64,000 nucleotides of DNA, from positions 44,642,001-44,706,000 of the forward strand of contig CM097885.1 in assembly GCA_044892525.1 (NCBI GenBank). Reading direction: 5' to 3'. Source of the DNA: Schmidtea polychroa. Taxonomy: Eukaryota. The translations under genes were made by a program, and so were the position numbers. The notes beneath the pieces are model-generated. The model searched no databases. It was not told the DNA's origin and saw only the letters and a program-made list of their open reading frames with translations. Shown here in pieces: positions 14,371 through 26,010 of this stretch (position 1 is its first letter; every line of letters starts with the position of its first letter).

Positions 14371-16417
14371 TTATTAAATTTCGGAATTGGGTGTACTATG
14401 TGTTGTATGTGTCAGTTTATATTTTCTACCACTTTCTATATTAGATACATTTATTAATTTCAAGGTTGAAAATCAACACACAGGTAAGTTTGAGTGTTTA
14501 TATACATATAAGAACTGATAAAAATATATATTTGAGCGTCAACATGAAATGTGGTAATTGGTTAGCATGTATAGCTGAACAAAGATGAATGATGATATGA
14601 GTGATGCGATGGGGACTGTTGTGATTAATGTTGATTAAAGGTCGTAGTGGTATCGGAGATAACCTCTGAGAATACAGGTAGCCGGCTACACATGGGCAAA
14701 ATTTTGAGAAAGTGTGGAGAATGCTGCAGGACATAGAACTACGCGCGGTCGTGGTAAAGCGTGAACCCGCTATGAATCTTGCAGGATTGGTGTGAACTGA
14801 TGCTATGATGGATCTCTTTGCAGTGAGGAATAATGGAACAAGAAATAAGATCGACCAGGATGCCCGGATTTTGGTCGCTAACTCGCTCTTCTAGTCTAAA
14901 TGGTGGAGTCGACTGAGGAACCGGCCGACTCTGACTATGTCACACGGCTACGACTTCTGTGTTTTTGATTTGTCTTCAAAATAATAAATAATTATTATCA
15001 ATTCTAGACTTTTTGAAAATCTCGAGAATCGAGATTAATTAAAAAAAAGCAGTCGGGACTCGAGAATTCTCCAGAGAAAAGAAATAGTTAAAATATTAAA
15101 TAAATTTTTTATTCATATTTTCTTTATTAACTCAAGATATTAATTTACAAAATTTTAAAATATCTTTTAAGGAAAATTAAATTGCTTAATAAATCATAGA
15201 ACAATTTTGATTTCCTGTGTGTTGTGTTGAGGTCTCACTATTTGAAAACCCCAACTTACTGGTTCTTAAATAAATGATCAAATAACAATAGAACTGATTA
15301 CTAAAGTTTATTCAAGAATAAAATTAACCTTTAAAATTTAAAACTAGATTTATTTTTCCAAAATTTCGATTTCAAACTGATTTACAATAGATGCTGGTTG
15401 TGTTTCTGTTATATGTTTTGTCGTGTGTGTTATATTGTGAACGCAAAAGAATTCTGCTAGACTTTTTTGAACTGTCCTATTTTAAAATCTCGTAAAGATT
15501 GCCTTTTCAAGATTCAGGTACTAGCTTTAATTTTTGGACGAATAACCTGATTTTAATGATCGCTTATATACTAAATTTTTCTACGTGTTTAATGCGTAAT
15601 AAATATTTATTTTATTATTCTATATCTAATATCGAACAGTTATTATAATATTTATTTTAATTCTACTGCTGTTTATTAAAATCGACTTTGAAAATTATTC
15701 AAATCTATATACGCTAATTTATTTTATCAATTGAAATTTTAATTTGATATTATTAAATTAATTTCTTTTAAATACCCATTATTTTTATTTGTGTTCACAA
15801 TAAAAATTAGAAATATACAGATGACATAAAAATAAAAATTAGAAATATACAAATTCAATAAAAAATTAAAGTTCGATAAAGTTCATGAAGATTAAAAATA
15901 TCTAGCTATTATACAGATGGCATAGGAATTAAAATTAAAGTTCAAATTGTTTATACAATTCAATAAAAAATGGATCATGATTACAAATAAATATATCAAT
16001 GTAAGTTGTTGTTCAATCATTGGTTCTTGTTTGGAGAATTGGATTGTTGAATTGTCGATCCAGATTGCAGAGATGGAAGTCTACAAGAACAAGTTATATA
16101 TTGACGTTCTTCGGCGTACACGTTGACTCTGTACTTGCCTGGCCCCGTTCTATAATATTTGTCTAAGGTGAACGTAGTGATAGGTCTACCTTCATCATCT
16201 AACAGTTGCAAAATATGATGCTAATAAAAATATTCTTTTATTTTAAGTTGATGTAGGTTAAACTGATAAAGGTTTGTTCCGTCGTATCTTTATTAATTTG
16301 AAGAGCATTGATTACTATATTGAGATTCATTGGTTCAAATTGAAAATGTTAACCAACTTCATTGGAAACGAATCGAATTTCCATTTTATTTATAAAAAGT
16401 GAGTTTTAAAATTTATG

Positions 16418-16488
<71 letters not shown>

Positions 16489-16492
<4 letters not shown>

Positions 16493-16976
16493 ATTCTGTT
16501 TTTACGCGATAGATACGTTCCCCGAAAATACGCGTAAAAAAAATCGCGTAAAAAAAGATATGGTGTCCATATAAAAGTAGAGGATTGGTTCTTCATTTCC
16601 AAAATCAACTAAAATAATGTGATTAAAGTATACAAATTCATGGTTTTTACGTGTTTTATACACTTTTTATTTATTTAAATATATATTTATGAATAAAATA
16701 ACGACAAACGAAAAAAAATACTAATTTAACAAAAAAAATTCATTATTTAACAAAAAAATCACAAAAATATCATTTTAGTAAAACAAAAAGTGGCAAAATA
16801 TATCATTAAACATATTTTTTAATTGCTGTCACTTCCTGATGATATTTTTTTTTAATCGCGGTAAATCAAATCAAATTGCGTAAAAACAGAACGAAATAAT
16901 TTTTTTGAATCGCGTTAAATCCAATTCGCGTAAAAAAAGTTCGCGTAAAAAAATTTCGCGTAAAAACAGAATTAGG
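16489..16976. mobile_element. Tigger-like MITE beside a (TA)n tract
   Basis: TA|CATAATTCTGTTTTTACGCGA ... TCGCGTAAAAACAGAATTAGG|TA; repeated CGCGTAAAAA subterminal motifs. Confidence 0.85.
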
Positions 16977-17138
16977 TATATATATGTGTGTAGGTAGTAT
17001 GCTATATAAAAATATAGAATTGATAATTATTTTGAACATTAATTATAGCTTGGCATTTGTTTAGATATTGTGGCGTTTTAATGTAACTTAAACCTAAGAA
17101 ATCAATTTAATTTATATATAATAATGTTTAAAACTTAC

Positions 17139-17509
17139 CAGACCCATGTCTTAAATTTGATATTTTATTTACAATTATTGTAACCTCCGATATTCTCCAT
17201 CCATTACTTTATTGAGTGTATTTCTGCAACTTTTCCTTTAAAATTTCGATCCCATCTTCAATCAATGACGAGTACATTATTATCGCTTTATTCTACAAGT
17301 TCCATTGCTTGAGCTCTCCATCTTCTTTGAAAGTTCAGCACCAAGTTTAAATTGAACCTTAGCTAATCCTATATTTTCAATAATTTCTTTGATAAGACTA
17401 TCTGGAACGAGAATATTTGGTGAATTATTTTGATGAATTATTTTGGTGAATTATTCGTCAGCGCATTGTGAGTACCTTGAAAGTCAAAGTCACGACGGAC
17501 ATAATTTGT
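17139..17509 (-). pseudogene. Relic of the N-terminal region of a second Polinton pPolB
   Basis: ILVPDSLIKEIIENIGLAKVQFKLGAE...LIEDGIEILKEKLQKYTQ*SNGWRI aligns with LSVPDVLIEKLLEVVNKMKSVKIQFCIKVE...FIDDGISLLNEKISKINEKGSNWTI in ORF 27934-28707; bounded by AG and GTAAG splice-like sites. Confidence 0.7.
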
Positions 17510-18044
17510 CTAAAACAAATGATATATATTTCTTACCAGGTTACGTAGTTTATAGTAAGAAATTTAATTTTAAATATGATTACCTAATTAAAACAAACAT
17601 TGTTATTTGCTAGTTAATTATTGCTAATAGGTAACTAAACAACTAATGTTAGCAAGCAACAAGAATTTTCTAAAATGTTCTTGAATGCTTTTACTATCTA
17701 TTCTAGAATACATTCTACAATACTAAAGATAATTCTTTTTATAAAACAAATTTTGTTAATTTTGATTAAATATTTATTAAAAACTGTAAACAAAATAATA
17801 TTTAAATTTTATTTACCTAATATTAGCTGAGAAATTTTTTGAAATAGTCCAAAAAATTCGACTAAGTATTTTGACTAGTGTACAAATGCTACTGCAAAAA
17901 TTTTTCAAAAAAAATTTTTCAAAAAAATTTTTTTCAAAATCTTATAGCCGACCATCTAAAGTAGTCCTAAAAATTCAACTAAGTATTTCGACTAGTAGAT
18001 AACTGCTAATGCAAAAATTTTTTCAAAATCTGAAGTGATCGTAA

Positions 18045-18163
<119 letters not shown>

Positions 18164-18913
18164 CGTTAGAGTTACTATGACTTTTTGGCAAAATTTTAAA
18201 TTTGAAAAGTTTAATTTTTTAATTAATTAATTAGTTACACAACACATGGTATTGGGATTGCAATATTTGCCAAGAATAATTTTAATTTTGATAGTATTTT
18301 AAAGTTCCGATATGATTTATAATCTAAATTTTATTATCTTTCCAGTGGTGTTAAAATATTTTTATAATAATTATTATTTAAAAAGTTATTAATGAAAATG
18401 TCGCCGCGGTGGTAAAATTTCGGCAACGTGATTTAAAAATTTAAAAATGAAACTCAATAGATGTAGTATTAGTCAAAATTGGAAATGAAGAATTAATACT
18501 GAAATAAAACACTGCAGATTTTTCTTCTGAAAATTAATATTACTTGTTGAATAATAATTTCAATTTGTGTTGCCATTAAAAATCAATAATAAACTTTCAA
18601 ATAATGATTAGAAATGGTGTTTGATAACATAACTTCAAAAGTTTCAAACAATACTACATGTGATCATCCTTAACACTCTTTTGCACAACTTTTCACTCAA
18701 AAATCAATATTTGAATCTTTAAATTAATATTAACAGAAAACCCTGATTACCCATATGCGTGATAACTAATCAACTAATTAAGTAGAAATTCCATTCGCAA
18801 AATCAGAATTGTGGCGTTGTCAAGAGGAGTTTATATTTGCCATAACTCCTACTGGTCCAGAAATCTCATATTTACCTACGTATATATATTTGTACACAAT
18901 TAATTCGCTCTTA

Positions 18914-19287
18914 AGTGGGGAGAAGTGTGCTCCATGACACATCGTTTCTTTGTCATTTTTTGCACTACCTCCTCCCCTGGATGACTCATCGCTAAATAAA
19001 GACACATGACTCATCGATGACTCATCAAAGTCATGTAACTCAGCGATGTCTCATCAAGGTCATTCTATTTTTAGTAACAAGGTCACGCGACGTCATCGAC
19101 GACTCGCCAAGGTCATTAAAGTACATATGACTCATCATTTTAAAACAAAGACGAATATATATATATATATATATATCATTCGAAAGGTATATGAGAGGTC
19201 TATCTAATTGTCATGTCTTCGAAGGTATATGGTTGGTCAATAACTTTCAAAGGGTGTCCAAAATTAAATATTTTTTAAACCATATAA

Positions 19288-19380
<93 letters not shown>

Positions 19381-19598
19381 TTCAAAAGGACTTTTGATGG
19401 TGAGTTCAAAGGTCAAAGGGTCCAAGGTTCAAAAATTTTTAAAACTTATAATATACATATCAAACAAGAGGTATTTGAGATGTAAGTATAATGGCCATAC
19501 TTTCAAAGGTTTATGAATGGTCCTGAACCTTCAAGGGGTCATATACCTTTCAAACCTTATACATATAGATATATACATATCAAACAAAATGTAATACA
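18914..19598 (+). repeat. Polinton left TIR
   Basis: Reverse-complement match to 31727-32184 apart from an extra segment at about 19178-19378. Confidence 0.9.
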
Positions 19599-20178
19599 AA
19601 TTAATTTTGAAATTCTCTATCGATTCTTTTATTGTTCGAATTTCGAATATTATTAAATCAATCGTTTTTAACAAATGATCATGTTTCTTATCAATAATTT
19701 TCATATTCTTTTTATTTTCAACAATTGGGTTATTGAAAATCTCAAACATATCAAACAAAATGTAATACAAATTAATTTTGAAATTCTCTATCGATTCTTT
19801 TATTGTTCGAATTTCGAATATTATTAAATCAATCGTTCTTAACAAATGATCATGTTTCTTATCAATAATTTTCATATTCTTTTTATTTTCAACAATTGAG
19901 TTATTGAAAATCTCAATATGATCAATCAATTTAAATTTTATATTTTGTATATATTCAAATGAAAGGGCATAACTGTTTTCTAAATTCTCCAATCTTTGGG
20001 ATATTCTTTTCCCTGGATGCTTTGTCCATTTTTGTTTGTCAAGAATATATAAAATATCCATCAACTTGGCGGTATTTGGACAAACACATATTGATTTATT
20101 AAAAGACGCCACCGTTATTGTTGTATTGTGTGAGCACACACTCGTTATACTAATTAGCAATAGAAATATAGTTTTCAT
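19531..20178 (-). CDS. Polinton accessory ORF with signal-peptide-like N-terminus and 57-aa tandem duplication
   Basis: MKTIFLLLISITSVCS hydrophobic start; EIFNN...ILFDM unit repeated twice (171 bp); 3' end runs into the left TIR. Confidence 0.55.
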   Translation of the reverse strand: MKTIFLLLISITSVCSHNTTITVASFNKSICVCPNTAKLMDILYILDKQKWTKHPGKRISQRLENLENSYALSFEYIQNIKFKLIDHIEIFNNSIVENKKNMKIIDKKHDHLLRTIDLIIFEIRTIKESIENFKINLYYILFDMFEIFNNPIVENKKNMKIIDKKHDHLLKTIDLIIFEIRTIKESIENFKINLYYILFDMYISICIRFERYMTP

Positions 20179-20635
20179 GTTGTGTCAAATCAAATCTATT
20201 ATGTTTTACATTTATAGTTTATCAACCAATCAGAATCATATTATACACACACAGTAGTATAAATAAAAAATTATTGTAAAAATATCTCAATTTATTGAAA
20301 ACGTTCTAAACGGACTAGTCATAGCGAATATAGTCGACAGCCTCAATTTCCTGGTCAATCAGATCGAAAAAATTATTGAAGGCAACCATATCGACTACCA
20401 GAGCATGCTTGATAATGATTGTCTTAAATCAAAGAAGATTTATTTTAACAATATATTTCAATGTCTGCGATGAAGACATGAAATGGACAAGAATTATTGT
20501 AGGGTTCACCTAGATGAAGATAATCATTGCGAAAAGCCAACATGACTCAGAACATTATTATCAGTGCTCTTTAGAAGTAAATTTATTTTTATTTATTATT
20601 ATTATTATTATATTTTAGATAATCAAATCCAAGTT

Positions 20636-20921
20636 TAGCCCATGTTTTCACTAATTTCTCCATCAATTTATTGGGTGTTTTCACCATCATTTTCTCCATC
20701 AATTTCTACATCATTTTCTTGACTCACTTCACTTTCATCAAATCCTGAATCTTGACTCTCAACTATTCAGCCTATATTTAATGCATTTGCAAAAGATAAT
20801 ATATCCTCAACATTTACACCAGCTATTTCTGCCAATTTTTCCAACAAAAAGTTGATTACAATTTCTAAATAATAAATAATTCGGTAATTAATTAATCATG
20901 TTAACCTTTTTCTGCAGTCAT
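20636..20921 (-). pseudogene. Small acidic spliced Polinton gene with premature stops
   Basis: ATG ACT GCA GAA AAA G|gttaac...tttag|AA (41-bp intron 20865-20905) gives MTAEKEIVINFLLEKLAEIAGVNVEDILSFANALNIG*IVESQDSGFDESEVSQEND. Confidence 0.5.
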
Positions 20922-21073
20922 TTTTATTAACACTTTTAAACTATAATTTAAGTTTGTTTATAAAATGTCTTTGTTAAATTTGCATTACTGTTGCATTAAT
21001 GTTAATAAAATAAATAAGATTAAATACATTAAATACATTTATTAAAATAAATTATATACATTTATTAAATACA

Positions 21074-21481
21074 TTAAAATAGTTGTGAAAGCCTAGCAGG
21101 CATAATTTTCCAAATTGGAGAATACACATCATTATTTTCAACTTTATATCCTTGGATTGCAACTGTTATATACCAATTTTCATTTTCTTTGAAACTGATT
21201 TCATGAAAGGCATCATAAAACTTTGCATATGGGTTGTTGAACCATGCATTTTGATTGCATGATAGATTTGAATTCAACCGTTTGAAAACATCATCTATAG
21301 TTTTAACATCTACCATTGAAAGCGTGTCGGATAAGAATTGAAATTTAGTTGGAATTATCTTGACCGGTGCAACCAATTTCATATTGATTTGTTCTTTTAA
21401 CAAATACATTTTGTAGTTGTGGAACATTTGAACAGGCTGAACAAGTTCATCTTTCGGTTTTTCAGTGCTTTTCTTGACCAT
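21074..21481 (-). CDS. Conserved Polinton hypothetical protein, 135 aa
   Basis: Intact ORF with upstream CTGATTGG and TATAAAA; diverged homolog at 45200-45573. Confidence 0.75.
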   Translation of the reverse strand: MVKKSTEKPKDELVQPVQMFHNYKMYLLKEQINMKLVAPVKIIPTKFQFLSDTLSMVDVKTIDDVFKRLNSNLSCNQNAWFNNPYAKFYDAFHEISFKENENWYITVAIQGYKVENNDVYSPIWKIMPARLSQLF

Positions 21482-21673
21482 CGTGAATTATGATTAAAAT
21501 AAAATGGTAGAGTTTTTATACCTTCAAAATAAATGGAACAACCAATCAGATTAAAGTTTAAAATGCAATAATGTTGCACATGCTTTGCATTAATGTTGCA
21601 CATGTGTCTTTGTTTAAATTGATGTTTCACACGTGTGATTATTATTATTTTATTATTATTATAATTATTATTA

Positions 21674-21752
<79 letters not shown>

Positions 21753-21801
21753 GTTATTTTTGGTCATCTATATAAAAAACAGAATACATAAAAATATTTA
21801 T

Positions 21802-22209
21802 TAATTTAAATCAACAATCCTTGAATAGTAATATCTTCTAAGTGTTTTTACTAAATTCCATTCTACATATCGCTGATAACGATCAGGACAACAACTGCAT
21901 CTAATGATACATAGGTATTCTGGTTCCATTTCTTTCTGCATTCTGTCGATCTTGAAATCCCATATGAATTGATTCAATATATCGAACGTCCAGATTCTTA
22001 TTGCATTGTATACCAGATCTGGTATAATCTCTGGATCCCTGTCCTTCAGAATTTCATTTAATTGAGGATAGAAATACTTATGGAATTTAACATCACTTTG
22101 GAATATTCATCTATAAAATATATAAAAAATACATATAAATTAAAAATTTACCGTAATTGTCGATCTCAGACATTGATTTTGCCGAGCTACTATACATTAT
22201 TAATGACAT
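21802..22209 (-). pseudogene. Spliced Polinton hypothetical gene with Cys cluster
   Basis: 41-bp GT-AG intron 22111-22151, then one frameshift into an open frame ...LCIIRCSCCPDRYQRYVEWNLVKTLRRYYYSRIVDLN*. Confidence 0.5.
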
Positions 22210-22262
22210 CTAAACAATAAACAGTTAATATTATTATTATTAACCAATTAGAAATTAACCAA

Positions 22263-22520
22263 TTATAAATCGACCAATGAATTTAACTCATTACGAACAT
22301 TGTTAACAAATTCCCTATAGTCTAAATTTCTCAACCCAAGTATGAGAACCTTTCCACTTACAAACACATTGACACATATAAGGTTATTTTTTAAAAGTCT
22401 TAATGCCGGAAACAATTCCGGTTCCAACATACAATCACATTTTCTCGATATTTTGTATAAATTGATAATATGTCCCATATCCATAGTAAAGGTAATTGAT
22501 TGAATTTTAATATTATTGAT
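22263..22520 (-). CDS. TBP-like protein, C-terminal repeat only, 5' truncated by hAT junction
   Basis: INNIKIQSITFTMDMGHIINLYKI...LEPELFPALRL...VNVFVSGKVLILG aligns with TBP FKIQNMVGSCDVKFPIRL...YEPELFPGLIY...LLIFVSGKVVLTG. Confidence 0.85.
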   Translation of the reverse strand: MNNIKIQSITFTMDMGHIINLYKISRKCDCMLEPELFPALRLLKNNLICVNVFVSGKVLILGLRNLDYREFVNNVRNELNSLVDL

Positions 22521-24051
22521 TGGTTATTGCTTTTATATTCGCAATCAGTTGGAAAAGTGTTTTGTTACCCTTGCAAATTATTTGAAACATCACCTAGTAA
22601 TAATTTGATTAATGGATTTAATGATTGGAAACATGTCGAAATGATTACACAACATGAAAACTCTGCTCAACATCAAAAAAATACGCGAATATATATAAAT
22701 CGAGTAAATGGTCAATGAGACTATTTTAAAAATATTTCCATAATAGAGACGACCAAAAATATAAATTATTGGAAAAGTATTTTAGAGCGAATTGTTGAAG
22801 TAATTATTTTTTTGTCTTCGAGAGTATTGGCATTTCGGGGCAGCAATGAAATTATTGGCAATAAAAGTAATGGAAATTATTTGTGATGTATAAAGTTACT
22901 AGCAAAATTCGATCCACTGTTACAGCAACATTTACTGGATTTTCAAATAAGCATGCTCTTAATGATATATTTACAGATTTAACACAGAAATGTTCCACTA
23001 GAATTGAAGTAGAAGGGTTGGAAAAGCAGTTCAATTCTCTCGAAACTGGTTTTATGCTTTCATTTTGGAATGATATTCTGGAAACCATGAATAAAATTAA
23101 TGTTAGCCTCCAGAAAGTTGAAATTGAAATTGAAACAGTGGTTAAATTATACACTTCATTGGAAACATATATTGAAGAACGTCGAAATATAGATTCATTT
23201 AATTATTACAAAAAGAAAGGAGAAAATCTATCGGGTTGTTTTGAATTTAAAACTGCAGGAACTGTTAAAAGATAAAAGCAGTTCGATGAAGGGACATCAG
23301 CCGACACACAATTTGATAAAAATAGTAATTTCCGTATAAATATTTTTTTATGTAATTATTGATAAACTTTTGGCAGAAATAAAAAAATGGAAATCTGCAT
23401 ATGATCGCATTGCCACTAAATTTGGAATTTTAATGAATTTAAAACATTTCGACGAAAATATGATACGAGAAAAAGCAACTATTTTATATAAAGAATACCC
23501 AGATGATCTTGAAAATGGTCTAATCGAGGAATGTTTACATTTTAAACATGTAAATTTAATATCGGATAACTTAACAGCATTATCTAAATCTGAGCAAATT
23601 TTAAGAACAATAATTGAATCGCAAATTGAATACACTTTTCCGAATATAACAACAGCTCTACGAATATATTTAAGTATCGCCTGTACAAATTGTAGCGGAG
23701 AAAGGTCGTTTTCAACTCTCAAGAGAATAAAAAACCATCTAAGATCATCTTTAGGACAATACAAATTAAATAATTTAAGTATTTTGTCAATAGAATTGGA
23801 TGTCCTTGAGAAACTGGATCACAAGAAAATTATAGATATATTTGCTAAAAATAAATGCCGCAAAAGACATATTTAAATTAAAAATTAATTTATATTCACA
23901 TATTTATATAAATTTTTTGAATTATGTTTTGCGTAAATACATATTTAAGTTTTGAATTTTTGAAAATAAAATTGAATTTTTATAATAAAAGTATATAGGG
24001 GTGCAAAATTTTATTTAGCCCAGGGCGCTCAAACTTATTAATACGGCCATG
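22521..24051 (+). mobile_element. ZMYM1/Tip100-like hAT fragment nested in the Polinton; left end missing
   Basis: WLLLLYSQSVGKVFCYPCKLF (TTF zinc finger); TNCSGERSFSTLKRIKNHLRS (dimerisation); right TIR ...TACGGCCATG ending at 24051. Confidence 0.88.
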
Positions 24052-24052
24052 A

Positions 24053-24655
24053 GTATACCAAATCGTTGGCCCGAGTGGTAGTGGGAAAACATTGTATGTT
24101 TGTAAATTATTACAATCAAAATTATTTAAGTGATAATTTAATAAAATTTATTGCCATAGGGGAGCTGATGATGAAAGCGGAATGACACAAGATCAGTTTT
24201 GTAAAATCAAAATGACAATCATAAAAGGGTTCGATAAAAACTGTTCATCTAGATTACGACAGGGTGATGTGATTATTATTGATGATTTGTATCAAGAAGC
24301 AAATAAAGAAAAGGATTTTAATAATTTATTTTTAAAAATTAGTAGACATAAAGATGTCACTGTAATTTTTATCACTCAAAATCTTTTTCATCAAGGTGGA
24401 TCTCATCGAACTCGTAATTTGAATGTTCAATATTTAGTTGTTTTCAAAAATCCGAGAGATGCGACAGTGATTGACTTTCTTGCAAGGCAAGCATATCCAA
24501 ATAATCGAAATTTCTTAATGAATGCATTTGCCGATGCAACAAAATCCCCACATGGATATATTTTTCTAGATTTTACACATTAGTGTTCTGATAAATTACG
24601 AATAAGAACAGATATATTTAACAAGGATGGAGCTATAGTATATAAACAAAAATAA
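24053..24655 (+). pseudogene. Polinton packaging ATPase (A32/FtsK-like)
   Basis: VYQIVGPSGSGKT Walker A, IIIDD Walker B, ITQNLF, RNLNVQYLVVFKNPRD, PHGYIFLD; in-frame stops. Confidence 0.92.
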
Positions 24656-24676
24656 AACCAAAATAAATTATCAATC

Positions 24677-25153
24677 ATGTTACTAAAAACTCGTGTAAAG
24701 ACAAAACCTGTAAAAGTGGTTAAAATTCCACCAAAAACTAGTTTCACACCATCGAAAAAATTGCTTTTTGATAATATTCTGCCGAGTAATCGTATTTCAC
24801 CGAGTAATTATATTCCGCCGAGTAATTCTCATCGTAGTTTTCCGTTTTTCATTGCATTACTTAAGGCTACCAGTATGAGAAGAATGAATATTTTACAGTC
24901 TTTTCCAAACTATGTCAATGATGATTTACTTGATATTTTAATTAAAGTTGTTAAAGGTAAATTCCGTATAAGTACATCAAATAAAAAGATTTTGAACAGG
25001 CACAAGAAACCATTATTATCACTAGTAAATACAAAAAATAAAAAACGTATGCGTAAAATCATACATAAAAAACAAGGAGGCTTCATTGCAGCCTTGATAC
25101 CAATAGCATTATCTTTATTGAGAGGTGCAGGTTTATTAAAATCATCATCATAA
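24677..25153 (+). CDS. Basic Polinton protein with C-terminal QGGF amphipathic tail, putative protease-matured core protein
   Basis: K/R-rich 158 aa ending KKQGGFIAALIPIALSLL, lying between ATPase and integrase. Confidence 0.7.
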   Translation: MLLKTRVKTKPVKVVKIPPKTSFTPSKKLLFDNILPSNRISPSNYIPPSNSHRSFPFFIALLKATSMRRMNILQSFPNYVNDDLLDILIKVVKGKFRISTSNKKILNRHKKPLLSLVNTKNKKRMRKIIHKKQGGFIAALIPIALSLLRGAGLLKSSS

Positions 25154-25208
25154 ACAATGGGTCAATCATTACCAAATCTTAATTTGAATTTTAAATCTTC
25201 CTGTTGTA

Positions 25209-25596
25209 ATGGAGAAGATTTGGACGAACCCAGAAGACGAAGCCGGTTTCGGTGGAGTGGCAAAATTAAAAAAAAGAGTTCCGAATTCGAAAGAAGAAAC
25301 CCAGAAGTGGTTATCAAATCAACTCGCGCACAGTTTGAACAAACCATTGCAGAAAATATTTCCAACAAGAGCGTATAAAACATATGGAATAAATGATTTG
25401 TGGCAAATGAATTTGATGGAGATGATACCCTATTCAAAAATTAACAAGGGGTATAAATATATTTTAACATGTATTGATGTATTCAGTCGGTTTGCCCGAG
25501 CAATACCAGTCAAGTCATAATCTGCAGATGAAATGTCTAATGCTATTAATATTTTATTTAAAGATGGACATCCAAATAATTTACAAACGGATTTAG

Positions 25597-25667
<71 letters not shown>

Positions 25668-26010
25668 TTAGGTAAAGAATTCTACAATAGTAAAGTTAAG
25701 CAAATCCTCGATAAACTGAAAATAAATCACTACTAGGTACATTCTCAATACAAAGCTGCTCATGTTGAAAGATTTAACAGAACCTTAAGAGATAGATTAA
25801 AGAAATTGTTCGTGCATCAAGGTAATAAAAAATGGGTATTGGTTTTACCAAAAATTATAACCAGTTATAATAATTCATCACATCGATGACTTAATGGATT
25901 GAGACCGATTAATATCACATCAAAAACATTCTATTCTAAAAAATCTGTAAAATTTACTGTAAAATTTACAAAGTCGGTGACCATGTTAGAATTAGCAAAA
26001 TTAGTGCATC
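25209..26010 (+). pseudogene. Polinton retroviral-type integrase with one intron
   Basis: LWQMNL, YILTCIDVFSRFA, QTDLG|KEF (intron 25597-25671), ERFNRTLR, YNNSSH, KVGDHVRISK; several stops. Confidence 0.92.

Noticed and set aside
14498..14960. Relatively GC-rich island with a 78-aa ORF
   Set aside because: No recognisable protein in the frames read; probably TE debris
17820..18030. About 120-bp direct duplication
   Set aside because: Simple local tandem duplication without other structure
18975..19140. Repeated TGACTCATC units as a CRISPR-like array
   Set aside because: Short, irregularly spaced motifs within a TIR in eukaryotic DNA; no cas genes
22263..22520. Host housekeeping TBP gene
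   Set aside because: Only one repeat, strongly diverged and inside the Polinton boundaries; no gene symbol assigned
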